Source: Patescibacteria group bacterium
GTDB taxonomy: Bacteria; Patescibacteriota; Patescibacteriia; Patescibacteriales; Patescibacteriaceae
Assembly (NCBI GenBank): GCA_028704945.1
Contig: JAQWEL010000003.1
Coordinates: 8,037 to 72,036 of the forward strand
Direction: 5' to 3'
DNA: 64,000 bases
Each line of letters opens with the position of its first letter. Position 1 is the stretch's first letter. The notes beneath the pieces were generated by a model. The model was not told the origin of the DNA. It did no database searches and was given only the letters and a program-made list of their open reading frames with translations. Below are positions 35,003-44,376 of this stretch, in pieces. A program made the translations under genes and the position numbers.

Positions 35003-36894
35003 GTAAAAATTACTAAGTTATGATCTATGTCGTGTCGACTTGAAGCTGATAAATCCGCTTCAGCAATGATACGATTAGCATCCCACCAATATTTATTGAC
35101 CGCAAAATAAATAAGTTTAGCGCCAGTTAATGTTTGCGCCTCGCCGGCAGTTTCGACTGTCGGTTTTTCGTTCATCTTAAGATAGATTTTATAAAGTTCA
35201 CTACCGGTTGGCAAGGGATAATAAAAAATATTGTGAGGATAATATTTGGCAAAACCAAATTGGCTTAAGGCTGCGGCGCTAAGTTGTTGATTTGATAAAA
35301 CAACATAATCTTTTGCTTGAGCGTTGTTATTAATCCATTTAGCAGCGGCAACGTCAGATTGGCTGACAGCAAAACCTCTGGAATTAAAATAGTTGTCTTT
35401 TCTTGGGTAAGATAAATAAATATTAGCTGAGATTAAAATGATTAATAGGAATAATAATGATTTTTTCCATAAGCCGCTCATCGTTTGGGCTTTTTTAATC
35501 AATTCATAAAGAGTGATAAAAGCGATTGGCAAAGCTACTAAGCCGGCGATAATCAAAACTCTGTCAGCATAATTATTTTGTTCATAATCTATTAAATAAG
35601 AGAAATCAAGAGTTTTCATTAAGACGAAAGACAGAGTTATTGCCAAAGAATGAGATAAACAGATTAAATAATTTTCAATTTGAGCTGTTTTTCTTTTGAA
35701 TATTAAGAAAATTAGTCCGCCTAAAATTAAAAGTATGTAGATGATTAATTTATTGTAATCTAAAAGATAAATTAGATTTAAAAATATGTTTTCTTGATTG
35801 GGCAATAAGCTGTTGGGCAGAGTGCTAATAGCATTGATTAATTTATCAAGCATGGTTGGCCAATCATTCGTTTCTAAGTGAGTAAAATAAAATAAAGCCG
35901 GTAAAACAGTGGCGTTGGCTGCTAAGAAAAGACCATAGATTGGTTCGCGATATTTAAATTTGCTGCTTTTGATAATAAAAGTCAAAGCAAAAAACAGGGC
36001 TGGCAAACCAGCTAAAGGATGGCAAGCTAAAGCCGCTAAAGCGGTTAAAATTGAGATAGCTTTATCATCTTTTGTTTCTGAACCGAAAGCGAATAGAACT
36101 GAAATTAAAGCGAATAAAAAACCCAAACCCTGAGGTGTAGTGTAGGTAAAGAACGAAAAGGGCAGGATTAATAGGGCTAAAATCAAAAGGTTAACAGTTT
36201 GCTTATCGCCAAACGCCTTGACTAAAGCAGACTCAACGGCAGCTGGTAAGAACAATGACGCTAGTAAGGGTAAAAGCCATTTATCAAGCAAGCCGATAGG
36301 CAAAAAGAAAAGCTTGTGCCAAGAAACAACTAAAGAATATTGGCCCAAATAATAAAAAGTTTTCGGCAGAACTGGCCCGACCTCAGTAATAAATTTTTCA
36401 GAAGCTTGATGGATAAAAGGATCAAAGCCATAATTTATTTTATAGACAATCGCTAAAACTCCAAAAGCGATAAAATAAATTAAGTGAGTGGAAAATTTTC
36501 GCCAAGTTGAATTATTTTTAGCTAACTTAAAACTAAAGACAATGCTTAAAGCGAAAAACAAGAAAAACCAAGGAGAAACTACTTGCCACGGAGAAGTAAT
36601 AGCCTCAGTGCTGGCATTAGTAAATAATAGCCAAAGAGAGAAGCCGGCCGACACGAAAAAAGCAGCCACGGTGGCATAATTTTTTTCCTCTGATTTGCTA
36701 AAAATTATTTTTTGAATATGCCAGTTAAAAGACTTACTAAAAATAAAAGTAGTTATCAAAGATAAAACAGCTGTTAAAGAAACAGCCACCCAGCCGAGAT
36801 TCCAAAAATAATAAAAGCCGGCTCCGATGCAGGACCAAGCTGATATTAAAATTATTAGTAGGCGGAAATTATCAGAAAAACTGTGTTTATCCAT
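34957..36894 (-). CDS. large polytopic membrane protein (glycan polymerase/transferase-like, function unknown)
   Basis: 645 aa with more than 12 predicted TM segments followed by a soluble C-terminal domain. It is convergent with and overlaps 33857..35002 by 46 nt. Confidence 0.6.
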   Translation of the reverse strand: MDKHSFSDNFRLLIILISAWSCIGAGFYYFWNLGWVAVSLTAVLSLITTFIFSKSFNWHIQKIIFSKSEEKNYATVAAFFVSAGFSLWLLFTNASTEAITSPWQVVSPWFFLFFALSIVFSFKLAKNNSTWRKFSTHLIYFIAFGVLAIVYKINYGFDPFIHQASEKFITEVGPVLPKTFYYLGQYSLVVSWHKLFFLPIGLLDKWLLPLLASLFLPAAVESALVKAFGDKQTVNLLILALLILPFSFFTYTTPQGLGFLFALISVLFAFGSETKDDKAISILTALAALACHPLAGLPALFFALTFIIKSSKFKYREPIYGLFLAANATVLPALFYFTHLETNDWPTMLDKLINAISTLPNSLLPNQENIFLNLIYLLDYNKLIIYILLILGGLIFLIFKRKTAQIENYLICLSHSLAITLSFVLMKTLDFSYLIDYEQNNYADRVLIIAGLVALPIAFITLYELIKKAQTMSGLWKKSLLFLLIILISANIYLSYPRKDNYFNSRGFAVSQSDVAAAKWINNNAQAKDYVVLSNQQLSAAALSQFGFAKYYPHNIFYYPLPTGSELYKIYLKMNEKPTVETAGEAQTLTGAKLIYFAVNKYWWDANRIIAEADLSASSRHDIDHNLVIFTYDFSNPAKDNKSFK

Positions 36895-36989
36895 ATAGTG
36901 TTAAATACTGGATTATTATAGACAAAATTTAATTATTGTAAAGCCTTTTTTATTTCCTTAAAATTTGATAAAATTAGTATAAGATTGAT

Positions 36990-38753
36990 ATGAGATTTTT
37001 ATATAATTTAAGGAATGCTTTATCGCGTCATACCCATGTCTTATTTTTGGCTATTTTAGCCATTGTTTTTTTTGTATCCGTCAGTCTTTATAACTTCTAT
37101 GGTCAGGCTGATAATTTTGTAAAATGGTCCAGCCCTGATGAAACGGCTAATTATCAAATGGCCAAACAATATGCTGAATATTCAAAGTTATTTTCTTTAG
37201 AAAAATATAATCTAATTGTTGACGGTATTATCGCCCCCAGAAGTTTAAGGGCTAATGGTGTTTTTTTACAGCCGATGAGTTTTTTGGGGATTATGATTTA
37301 TTACGGCGCCATAGCTAAAATTTTCGGTGTCGGAATTTTGCCTTACCTAACACCTTTATTGGGAGCAGTTGGCATCATTTATTTTTATTTATTAATCAGC
37401 CAATTGTTTAATAAAAAAATCGGTTTAATTTCAGCAACTATTCTTACGTCGTTTCCGGTTTATATCTATTTCAGCGCTCACAGTTTTTTTCATAACATCC
37501 CGTTTGTGGTTTTTTTAATCATCTCTTTATATTATTTTGTCTTAGCTTCAAAATATCGAGCCTTTTGTTCTAAGGACGATCAAGGAGAAGATTTTATTGG
37601 CAGAAAAAAACATTATCTAACCTGGCTTTATGCCGCCTTAGCCGGTTTTTTCCTGGGTTTATCAGTCGGTTTCAGAACGTCTGAACTGCTTTGGATTGCG
37701 CCAGCTTTGCTTATCTTGTGGCTTTTTAATATTAGAAAGATTGGTTTTTTCAAATTAGCTTTAGTTATTTATTTTGCCGCTTTAGCTTACTCGCCGATAG
37801 TCTATTGGAACACCATCTTATATGGCGGGCCATTTTCTTCAGGTTATCCCAAAATGGATGAATCGGTTTTTAATATCGTATCTTCCGGTACCAGTTTAGT
37901 AACCGACACTTTTTATAAACAAGATTTAGGTTTTATCAGCTTTTACGCCGACAAACTTTATAAAGCCATCTTTACTTTTGGTTTTCATCCTCTCCAAAGC
38001 TTAGCCATGGTTTATAATTATATTTATGGCATGTTTACTTGGTTGGTTGTTTTGGCTGGTTTAGGTTTTATTTTCTATATTTTTCATTACAAGAATAAGA
38101 AAAAAAGTGTTTTTGTTTATGTCTTAGCCTATCTCGCTTTGACGGTTATTTTAAGTTTTTATTATGGTAGTTGGAAATTTAATGACAATCCTGATCCCAA
38201 TAGTATTACTATCGGCAACTCTTATACTCGTTATTGGTTGCCTATTTATTTGGGAGCAATTCCTTTTGTGGCTATTGCCTTAGATTCTTTAGCTAAAATA
38301 GCAATTTTAAAAAGAGCTAAGCAGGCTATTTTAATTTCATTTTTAGCTATTTTAAGCGGTTTTTCAATATTTTTTGTCCTATATGGCTCGGATGAAGGTT
38401 TAATTAGCTCTTATTATCGTTTACGTGAGTCAAGAATTGAATATGAAAAAGTTATTTCTTTAACACAATCAGATTCGGTTATTATTACTCGTTATCACGA
38501 TAAATTATTTTTTCCTGAACGGCGAGTGATTTTTGGCCTATTAACAGACAATGAAATGAACAAAAGATATGCTATTTTAGCTAAAAAAATGCCGGTTTAT
38601 TATTATAATTTTAAGTTAAAACAGTCAGATTTAGACTATTTAAATAATAGCAAGTTAAAGGCAGTAGGTTTAACTATTAAAAAAATGGCTAATATCACTA
38701 ATTCTTTTGAGTTGTATTTGCTTGAAACAAGTAGTAAAAAAATTGCTGATTAA
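36990..38753 (+). CDS. ArnT/PMT-like (GT-C fold) membrane glycosyltransferase
   Basis: 587 aa polytopic protein with an SPDETANY acidic motif in the first extracytoplasmic loop, as in GT-C enzymes. Confidence 0.6.
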   Translation: MRFLYNLRNALSRHTHVLFLAILAIVFFVSVSLYNFYGQADNFVKWSSPDETANYQMAKQYAEYSKLFSLEKYNLIVDGIIAPRSLRANGVFLQPMSFLGIMIYYGAIAKIFGVGILPYLTPLLGAVGIIYFYLLISQLFNKKIGLISATILTSFPVYIYFSAHSFFHNIPFVVFLIISLYYFVLASKYRAFCSKDDQGEDFIGRKKHYLTWLYAALAGFFLGLSVGFRTSELLWIAPALLILWLFNIRKIGFFKLALVIYFAALAYSPIVYWNTILYGGPFSSGYPKMDESVFNIVSSGTSLVTDTFYKQDLGFISFYADKLYKAIFTFGFHPLQSLAMVYNYIYGMFTWLVVLAGLGFIFYIFHYKNKKKSVFVYVLAYLALTVILSFYYGSWKFNDNPDPNSITIGNSYTRYWLPIYLGAIPFVAIALDSLAKIAILKRAKQAILISFLAILSGFSIFFVLYGSDEGLISSYYRLRESRIEYEKVISLTQSDSVIITRYHDKLFFPERRVIFGLLTDNEMNKRYAILAKKMPVYYYNFKLKQSDLDYLNNSKLKAVGLTIKKMANITNSFELYLLETSSKKIAD

Positions 38754-38784
38754 CTATTTTAAATAAAATATACTAATATTAAAC

Positions 38785-38812
38785 AAAAAAGAGAATTATT
38801 TTTCTCTTTTTT
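38785..38812 (+). terminator. intrinsic terminator
   Basis: AAAAGAGAA-ttatt-TTTCTCTTTTTT. Confidence 0.65.
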
Positions 38813-38878
38813 AAATTAGCTAACTATTGACATTCCATAGCTATTTTGTTAAGGTAATCAATCTTATTAATAAAAAAT

Positions 38879-40189
38879 ATGAATAGAAAAGGAATTTTTA
38901 AAATTTTAGCCATCGTGGTTCTCTCTTTTATGTTTGTTAACCTGGTGGGTCAATCAAAAACTAAGGCTTATTATTCAGGTCATGCTTTGGCTTATAATAA
39001 TAATATTTTTATTACCTCAACCAATACTGGATATTTAGAGGTTTTTAAGTATGAGCCTGGTAAAACCGATTTGAAAAATATTATCAAACTAAAACCTGTC
39101 CAAGAGTCTGGCATGATTTCAACTGATTTTAATTCAGCTGTTTTGTCAGAAGAAGGGGGACAGTTGTATGTTTACGCTTCCAGTGGCAACAGACTTTATA
39201 AATATCTTATTAACAATGATGAAGCTTTTTTAGCCAACAAAACCATTGATAATACCTGGGATTGGTATGGACGCTTAGATAAGGTTGGTGGCAAAGTGGT
39301 TAGTCTTGGAACTAAGACGGTTAAAATTTGGAACAGCGACTTGCAAGCTATTGATAGTTATAAGATCAGCAATGCTTCCAATCCTCATAATTTGCGTTTA
39401 AGTGCTGATGGTAAATTTATTTTTAACATCAAAGGTTCAGAGCTTTCGATTTTTGATCGAACTAGCCGCCGAGTTGTTAGGACTATTAATCTTTACTCCT
39501 CAAATGTTACTGGAAATCGTCGTTTAGCTTATGATGAAGCGGCTAATATGATTTATGTTATAGATGACGGAGCCGTTAAGCAGTTCTCAACTGATGGTGA
39601 TATTTATAAATCATTACGCCATGACAGCGGTTTTGGTTATGATTCTGTTTTGTCGGCTGATAATCAATTTGTTTATATCTCCAACGGCAGCAGTATTGCT
39701 AAGCTAAAGAAATCAAACTTTAAATTTGTAGCAGCCTTAGAAAATATAGATTTAGGCATTGCTAATTCTTGGGCTATGGGTATTAATAGAGTTGATACAT
39801 CATCGGGCGAATATTTAGTTGTTTTTAATAATTCCAATATTCTTTTGTTGAATCCTAATATGAAATTTGTCGCAAGCTATAAGAGTATTGAACAAGATAA
39901 TCAGCCATCTATTATTAAGCCTAAAGAAAATTTATCAATTTCTTTAGATAAAATGAATGGAGCGCCTTATTCCAACGTGATGATTTCCGGAGGAGGCTAT
40001 TGGCCAAATGAAGAATTGGAAGTGTGGATTGGAGATAAGAATTATCAGTCTTTTACTGATGAGTATGGGCGTTATGTTAAAACTGTGACCGTGCCAGCCA
40101 CCAAAGCTGACAGAATAGATATCAAAACTTTAGGTAAGAATTCAAAACTTTCTTATAGTATTAGTTTTAAAGTTGACCAAGCTAAATAA
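38879..40189 (+). CDS. secreted beta-propeller-like repeat protein
   Basis: Signal/anchor KILAIVVLSFMFVNLVGQSKTKA, with repeated ~40-aa units (..LYKY.., ..VKIWN.., ..LSIFD.., ..IYVID..). Confidence 0.5.
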   Translation: MNRKGIFKILAIVVLSFMFVNLVGQSKTKAYYSGHALAYNNNIFITSTNTGYLEVFKYEPGKTDLKNIIKLKPVQESGMISTDFNSAVLSEEGGQLYVYASSGNRLYKYLINNDEAFLANKTIDNTWDWYGRLDKVGGKVVSLGTKTVKIWNSDLQAIDSYKISNASNPHNLRLSADGKFIFNIKGSELSIFDRTSRRVVRTINLYSSNVTGNRRLAYDEAANMIYVIDDGAVKQFSTDGDIYKSLRHDSGFGYDSVLSADNQFVYISNGSSIAKLKKSNFKFVAALENIDLGIANSWAMGINRVDTSSGEYLVVFNNSNILLLNPNMKFVASYKSIEQDNQPSIIKPKENLSISLDKMNGAPYSNVMISGGGYWPNEELEVWIGDKNYQSFTDEYGRYVKTVTVPATKADRIDIKTLGKNSKLSYSISFKVDQAK

Positions 40190-40215
40190 ACTTTAATTAA
40201 TATTTGGAGGAGAAT

Positions 40216-41364
40216 ATGAAAATTAGTTTTATAGGACAAAAGGGTATTCCTGCCAATAGTGGCGGGGTTGAACGCTACGTCGAGGATTTGGCTGAGCGTG
40301 TGCTTAAGCTTGGCAATGAAGTTGTTGTTTACACCAGACCATATTATACGCCAACTGATTTAAAAGAATACAAAGGTGTTAAATTAGTTAGTTTGCCGTC
40401 TATACATACTAAACATTTAGATGCGATTACCCATACATTTTTAGCCACGATTCATGCTTGTTTTACAGGCACAGATGTTATCCATTATCAAAGTATCGGT
40501 GCGTCTTTAGTTTCTTGGATTCCGAAGATTTTTAAACCGAAAATAAAAATAGTTTCTACTTTGCAAAGCAAGGATTATGAACATCAAAAATGGGGTAGCT
40601 TTGCCAAGTTGGTATTACGTTTGGGTGAGAGAATGATGTGTCGTTTTTCCGATGAAATTATTGTAGTGACTGAACCGATGAAACAATACGTCCAGAAAAA
40701 TTATAATATTCCAGTTCACTATATACCCAATGGTTCTAATCTATATGAAGCTGGCGGTTGCCAGACTATTAAGCAGTGGGGACTTGAACCAAAGCAATAT
40801 ATTGTTGCTATTTCCAGATTAGTCCGTCATAAAGGTTTGGGCTACTTGATACAGGCTTACAAGCATTTAGGATTGATTGATAAAAAATTAGTGATTGTCG
40901 GGGATGGGTCATTTACTGATGATTATATTCGCGAATTAAAAACTTTAGCTGGTGACGACAAGAGGATTGTTTTCACCGGCCCACAAATCGGTCAGACTTT
41001 AGCCGAGCTCTATGACAATGCCTGTTTGTTTGTCCAGCCATCTGAGTCCGAGGGTTTATCTTTGGCTCTATTAGAGGCTATGGCGAGACGATTGCCGGTT
41101 TTAGTGTCTAATATTAATGAAAACATAGAAGCGATAGGTGATACAGGCTTTATTTTTGAAAATAAAAATATTGATGATTTGCGAGAGAAATTGAGATTTA
41201 TTTTATCCGAACCTGATTTAGCTCAGGAAAAAGGTGAAGCTGGCAGAAAGCGTATTGAAGAAAAATTTAATTGGGATAAGATTGCTCAGGAAGTAGTGAT
41301 GGTTTATAATTTGCCTGCCGTTAAAGAATTGTCTTTTTCCAGCGAGTCATCTAATTTGACTTAA
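40216..41364 (+). CDS. family 4 (GT-B) glycosyltransferase
   Basis: GGAGGA RBS and the ATG at 40216. GIPANSGGVERYVEDLA and ESEGLSLALLEAMARRLPVLVSN. Confidence 0.85.
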   Translation: MKISFIGQKGIPANSGGVERYVEDLAERVLKLGNEVVVYTRPYYTPTDLKEYKGVKLVSLPSIHTKHLDAITHTFLATIHACFTGTDVIHYQSIGASLVSWIPKIFKPKIKIVSTLQSKDYEHQKWGSFAKLVLRLGERMMCRFSDEIIVVTEPMKQYVQKNYNIPVHYIPNGSNLYEAGGCQTIKQWGLEPKQYIVAISRLVRHKGLGYLIQAYKHLGLIDKKLVIVGDGSFTDDYIRELKTLAGDDKRIVFTGPQIGQTLAELYDNACLFVQPSESEGLSLALLEAMARRLPVLVSNINENIEAIGDTGFIFENKNIDDLREKLRFILSEPDLAQEKGEAGRKRIEEKFNWDKIAQEVVMVYNLPAVKELSFSSESSNLT

Positions 41365-41437
41365 GTTTGATTTTTGATTATTAACAATTATAATATATAA
41401 AAATAATTTTTTAGTACTTTTACAAAGGAGTATAATC

Positions 41438-42220
41438 ATGAAAACTAAGGTTTTCTTTTCGTTTTGTCTTATGATGTTTTGTCTGCTGTTAGCAGCTTGC
41501 AATCATGAGCCGCCGGTTAATGTGATTAGCGAAAGTTACGACATCGAAACTATTGCTACGTGGAACAATGATGGAACAATTACTTCTGACGTTTATCTGC
41601 CAGCAACCTGGTGTCCAGAACCACCTGATGATAGCTATTTGCCATATATCAGTTGGTGCTTCGATTATAGATTGATTAGCCAATGGGAAATTCAGTCTTA
41701 TGAGCCGAGATTTCGTAATTATTACAAGTATAGTATTACTTTAAAGCCCGGAGAAGTTAGGGAAGTTGTTCTGACTTATGGTAAATATATTAATCCGGAT
41801 AATCCGCTTGATGTTAGTAAGGCTAATTTAGCTAATTATAAATATAATAAGTTTATTAAGCTTTATCAGCCGACAGACTCAAGAGCCGATGATGAATATG
41901 TTATTGCTATCCGATTTATTGACGGCAGATTTGAGGAATTTGATCCCAACGCTTTTGTCCCGCTCGGAGGTAATATTGTTATTTCAGGTGAATTAAGAGT
42001 TGGCAAAACAATCCATTTCAGTATTGATAACCTTCAATATACTGGCACCATCGGCTATAAAAAACTTCAATGGATTTTTTCTGATGGTTACGCCCGTGAA
42101 GGAGAATCGTTTGATATTAAGTTCGATAAAGTTGATAAAAATATGTTTGTCGACCTTAATATTATCGATAATCTCGGTAAAATCAAAACAATTCGCCGCC
42201 CTTTCTCGATTAATGATTAA
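41438..42220 (+). CDS. lipoprotein (hypothetical)
   Basis: MKTKVFFSFCLMMFCLLLAAC lipobox (LAAC) preceded by an AAAGGAG RBS. Confidence 0.6.
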   Translation: MKTKVFFSFCLMMFCLLLAACNHEPPVNVISESYDIETIATWNNDGTITSDVYLPATWCPEPPDDSYLPYISWCFDYRLISQWEIQSYEPRFRNYYKYSITLKPGEVREVVLTYGKYINPDNPLDVSKANLANYKYNKFIKLYQPTDSRADDEYVIAIRFIDGRFEEFDPNAFVPLGGNIVISGELRVGKTIHFSIDNLQYTGTIGYKKLQWIFSDGYAREGESFDIKFDKVDKNMFVDLNIIDNLGKIKTIRRPFSIND

Positions 42221-42243
42221 TTCCAACCAACAAATAACCAGTT

Positions 42244-42280
42244 AAAGCCTTTTTCTTAACAACAGATTAAGGCTTTTTTT
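42244..42280 (+). terminator. intrinsic terminator
   Basis: AAAGCCTT...AAGGCTTTTTTTTAT. Confidence 0.6.
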
Positions 42281-42325
42281 ATTTGCAAAAAATAGAGTAA
42301 ATTGCTAAGATTGGCTTATCATAAA

Positions 42326-42396
42326 CGGACTGTAGTATAGTGGCAGTACGCGTGCATGGGGTGCATGTAGCCGCGGTTCGATTCCGCGCAGTCCGA
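42326..42396 (+). tRNA. tRNA-Pro (anticodon GGG)
   Basis: Hand-folded. Acceptor CGGACUG/CAGUCCG (C1-G72, as in bacterial tRNA-Pro), D stem GUAU/GUAC, and anticodon stem CGUGC/GCAUG with loop AUGGGGU (G37). T arm CGCGG-UUCGAUU-CCGCG, discriminator A, no encoded CCA. Confidence 0.85.
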
Positions 42397-42411
42397 CTAT
42401 TAACAAAAAAT

Positions 42412-42768
42412 ATGTTTTTAAAAATTGATACCACTGATCGAGAATTTATTTTTTTATCACTAAACAAAGCTGATGCTGTTTTAGCTAAAGCAAAAGTCAA
42501 AGCTTTCCGACAGCAGGGTGAAAAATTATTGCCAGCGATTAACAAGCTTTTGAAAAAAAATAATTTTAAATTAAAAGATTTAGAAAAAATTGTCGTCGTC
42601 AACGGCGCCGGCAGTTTTTCAAGCTTGCGTATCGGCATAGTGACAGCTAATGCCTTAGCCTATGTTTTAGATATTCCAGTTGAAGATCAGCGGGGTAAAT
42701 TTATAAAAAGAGATGGTCTGCAAATAGTTGAACCAAAATATATTGGTGAAGCTAATATCGGTAAGTAA
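42412..42768 (+). CDS. tsaB: TsaB (YeaZ)-like protein, N-terminal half only
   Basis: MFLKIDTTDREFIFL and VVVNGAGSFSSLRIGIVTANALAYVL match the TsaB N-domain. It is only 118 aa. The ORF-track start at 42340 lies inside the tRNA. Confidence 0.6.
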   Translation: MFLKIDTTDREFIFLSLNKADAVLAKAKVKAFRQQGEKLLPAINKLLKKNNFKLKDLEKIVVVNGAGSFSSLRIGIVTANALAYVLDIPVEDQRGKFIKRDGLQIVEPKYIGEANIGK

Positions 42769-42897
42769 CAATTTTTTATCTGTGGATAACTTTTATTAAT
42801 AGTAAAAGTTATAAACAATTATTTTATTAAAATACTTTTTATAAAGTATTTTTTTATTTTTAGCCTATTTTTAAAGGTTTTTTAAAGTTTAAAAATG

Positions 42898-42959
42898 TTG
42901 ACCAGTCCCAAACTGTGGGGTAAAATGGATGTATAAGGTTTTTAGTGGTAAAAAGTGGT
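42898..42959 (+). promoter_or_regulatory. mraZ promoter plus an array of 10-bp-phased GTGG-type repeats (probable MraZ operator)
   Basis: TTGACC 42898-42903, a 17-nt spacer, then TAAAAT 42921-42926. Five pentamers lie exactly 10 nt apart: GTGGG 42915, ATGGA 42925, AAGGT 42935, GTGGT 42945 and GTGGT 42955. Confidence 0.55.
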
Positions 42960-42972
42960 GAATTTATAAAAT

Positions 42973-43401
42973 ATGTTTTTAGGTGAATACCATCACAGCT
43001 TAGACGAAAAAGGCCGTTTAGCAATTCCGGCTAAGTTTAGAGAAGCTTTAAAAGGCGGAGCAGTTGCTACTAAAGGATTAGATAACTGTTTATTTTTATA
43101 TCCTAAGACAGAGTGGGAAGCGGTAGCCGCTAAAATGGCATCGCTACCTTTTAATAAAGCTAATGATCGAGCTTTGGCCAGACATTTTTTGGCAGGAGCA
43201 ATGGACTTAGATTTTGATTCTCAGGGTAGAACAGTTTTGCCAGAATACTTAAGAAATTTTGCTAGCTTAAAAAAGAAAATCGTTGTGGCCGGTTTATATA
43301 ATCGTTTGGAAATTTGGGACGAAGAAGCTTGGGAAAAATACAAAACAGACTCCGAGAAAGAAACAAATGCGATTGCAGAAGCTTTAGACGGAATCGGTTA
43401 A
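42973..43401 (+). CDS. mraZ: transcriptional regulator MraZ
   Basis: MFLGEYHHSLDEKGRLAIPAKFRE plus a second SpoVT/AbrB-like half (DSQGRTVLPEYLR). Confidence 0.95.
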   Translation: MFLGEYHHSLDEKGRLAIPAKFREALKGGAVATKGLDNCLFLYPKTEWEAVAAKMASLPFNKANDRALARHFLAGAMDLDFDSQGRTVLPEYLRNFASLKKKIVVAGLYNRLEIWDEEAWEKYKTDSEKETNAIAEALDGIG

Positions 43402-43409
43402 ATATAAAT

Positions 43410-44363
43410 ATGGAATATCAGCACAAACCCGTGATGTTGGAAGACGTAATTGGAATGGTCGAGCCGAAATCAGGACAGACATTTATTGATTGCACCTTAG
43501 GCGGCGGGGGTTATACTCTTGCTCTAGCTAAATCAATTGGTAAAACAGGGAGGGTTTTATCAATTGATTTGGATGAATTGGCTATCTCTAACGCCCGTCG
43601 CCTATTAATTGAAAATAATTTAGATAATATATTTTTAGTTAAAGATAATTTTCGTAATTTAAAAGAAATTATTGATAATGATTATCCAGAGTGGGGCAAT
43701 CAAGTTGACGGTATCGTGATAGATTTGGGTTTTTCTAGCGCCCAGCTTGATGATATTAACCGCGGATTATCTTTTTCTGCTGTTGACCGCCCCCTGGATA
43801 TGTCGTTTGAGGCGGACAATTTTACTACCAAGAGAATTGTTAATAAATATTCAGCCAAAGAACTGGAGCAGATTATCAGAGATTATGGCGAAGAAAGATT
43901 CGCTCATCGCATCGCTAAGAATATTGTTGATAGCAGGCGGACAAAAGCAATTTCGACTACCAGTGATTTGATAAATATTATTGAAAAAAGTATTCCGGCA
44001 GCAAATCGTCATTCCCAAAAAATTCATTTCGCTACCAGAACTTTTCAAGCTTTAAGGATAGCTACTAATGATGAACTTAACGCCCTAATTGATGTTTTGC
44101 CGCAAGCGATTGAAATTTTAAAACCAGGCGGGAAGTTGGCTGTAGTCAGCTTTCATAGCTTGGAAGACAGGATAGTTAAGCACTTTTTTAAAAAAGAGTC
44201 GACTGATTGCCTGTGCCCAGCTAAGCAGCTTATCTGTAATTGCAACCATCAGGCATCCATTAAGATTCTTACCAAGAAACCGATTGAAGCTAACGAAAAT
44301 GAACTAAAGAATAATCCAAGATCAAGGAGCGCAAAACTAAGGGTTGCTGAAAAATTAAAATAA
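43410..44363 (+). CDS. rsmH: 16S rRNA (cytosine1402-N4)-methyltransferase
   Basis: HKPVMLEDVI, DCTLGGGGYTLAL, DLGFSSAQLD, SFHSLEDRIVK and NPRSRSAKLR. ATG at 43410 was used. Confidence 0.95.
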   Translation: MEYQHKPVMLEDVIGMVEPKSGQTFIDCTLGGGGYTLALAKSIGKTGRVLSIDLDELAISNARRLLIENNLDNIFLVKDNFRNLKEIIDNDYPEWGNQVDGIVIDLGFSSAQLDDINRGLSFSAVDRPLDMSFEADNFTTKRIVNKYSAKELEQIIRDYGEERFAHRIAKNIVDSRRTKAISTTSDLINIIEKSIPAANRHSQKIHFATRTFQALRIATNDELNALIDVLPQAIEILKPGGKLAVVSFHSLEDRIVKHFFKKESTDCLCPAKQLICNCNHQASIKILTKKPIEANENELKNNPRSRSAKLRVAEKLK

Positions 44364-44376
44364 TATAAAATAAATT

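Noticed and set aside
23237-42325. The 19-kb inter-dcw region as a discrete integrated mobile element (prophage, ICE or genomic island at tRNA-Pro).
   Set aside because: I could recognise no integrase, recombinase, transposase or phage structural genes, and no repeat of the tRNA 3' end at the far border. It is reported only as a variable or accessory region.
42279-42638. ORF 42279..42638 (minus) and the 5' extension of ORF 42340..42768 (plus).
   Set aside because: Both run across tRNA-Pro (42326-42396). The plus-strand protein only becomes TsaB-like from the ATG at 42412, and the minus ORF is a shadow of that gene.
42781-42789. A perfect DnaA box (TGTGGATAA, that is TTATCCACA on the minus strand) with a nearby AT-rich palindrome AAATACTTT-ttat-AAAGTATTT, considered as oriC. 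A one-mismatch box also occurs at 61019-61027.
   Set aside because: There is only one perfect box, with no cluster of boxes, no dnaA or dnaN nearby, and no obvious switch in gene orientation. It is more likely a chance or regulatory site plus the tsaB terminator.
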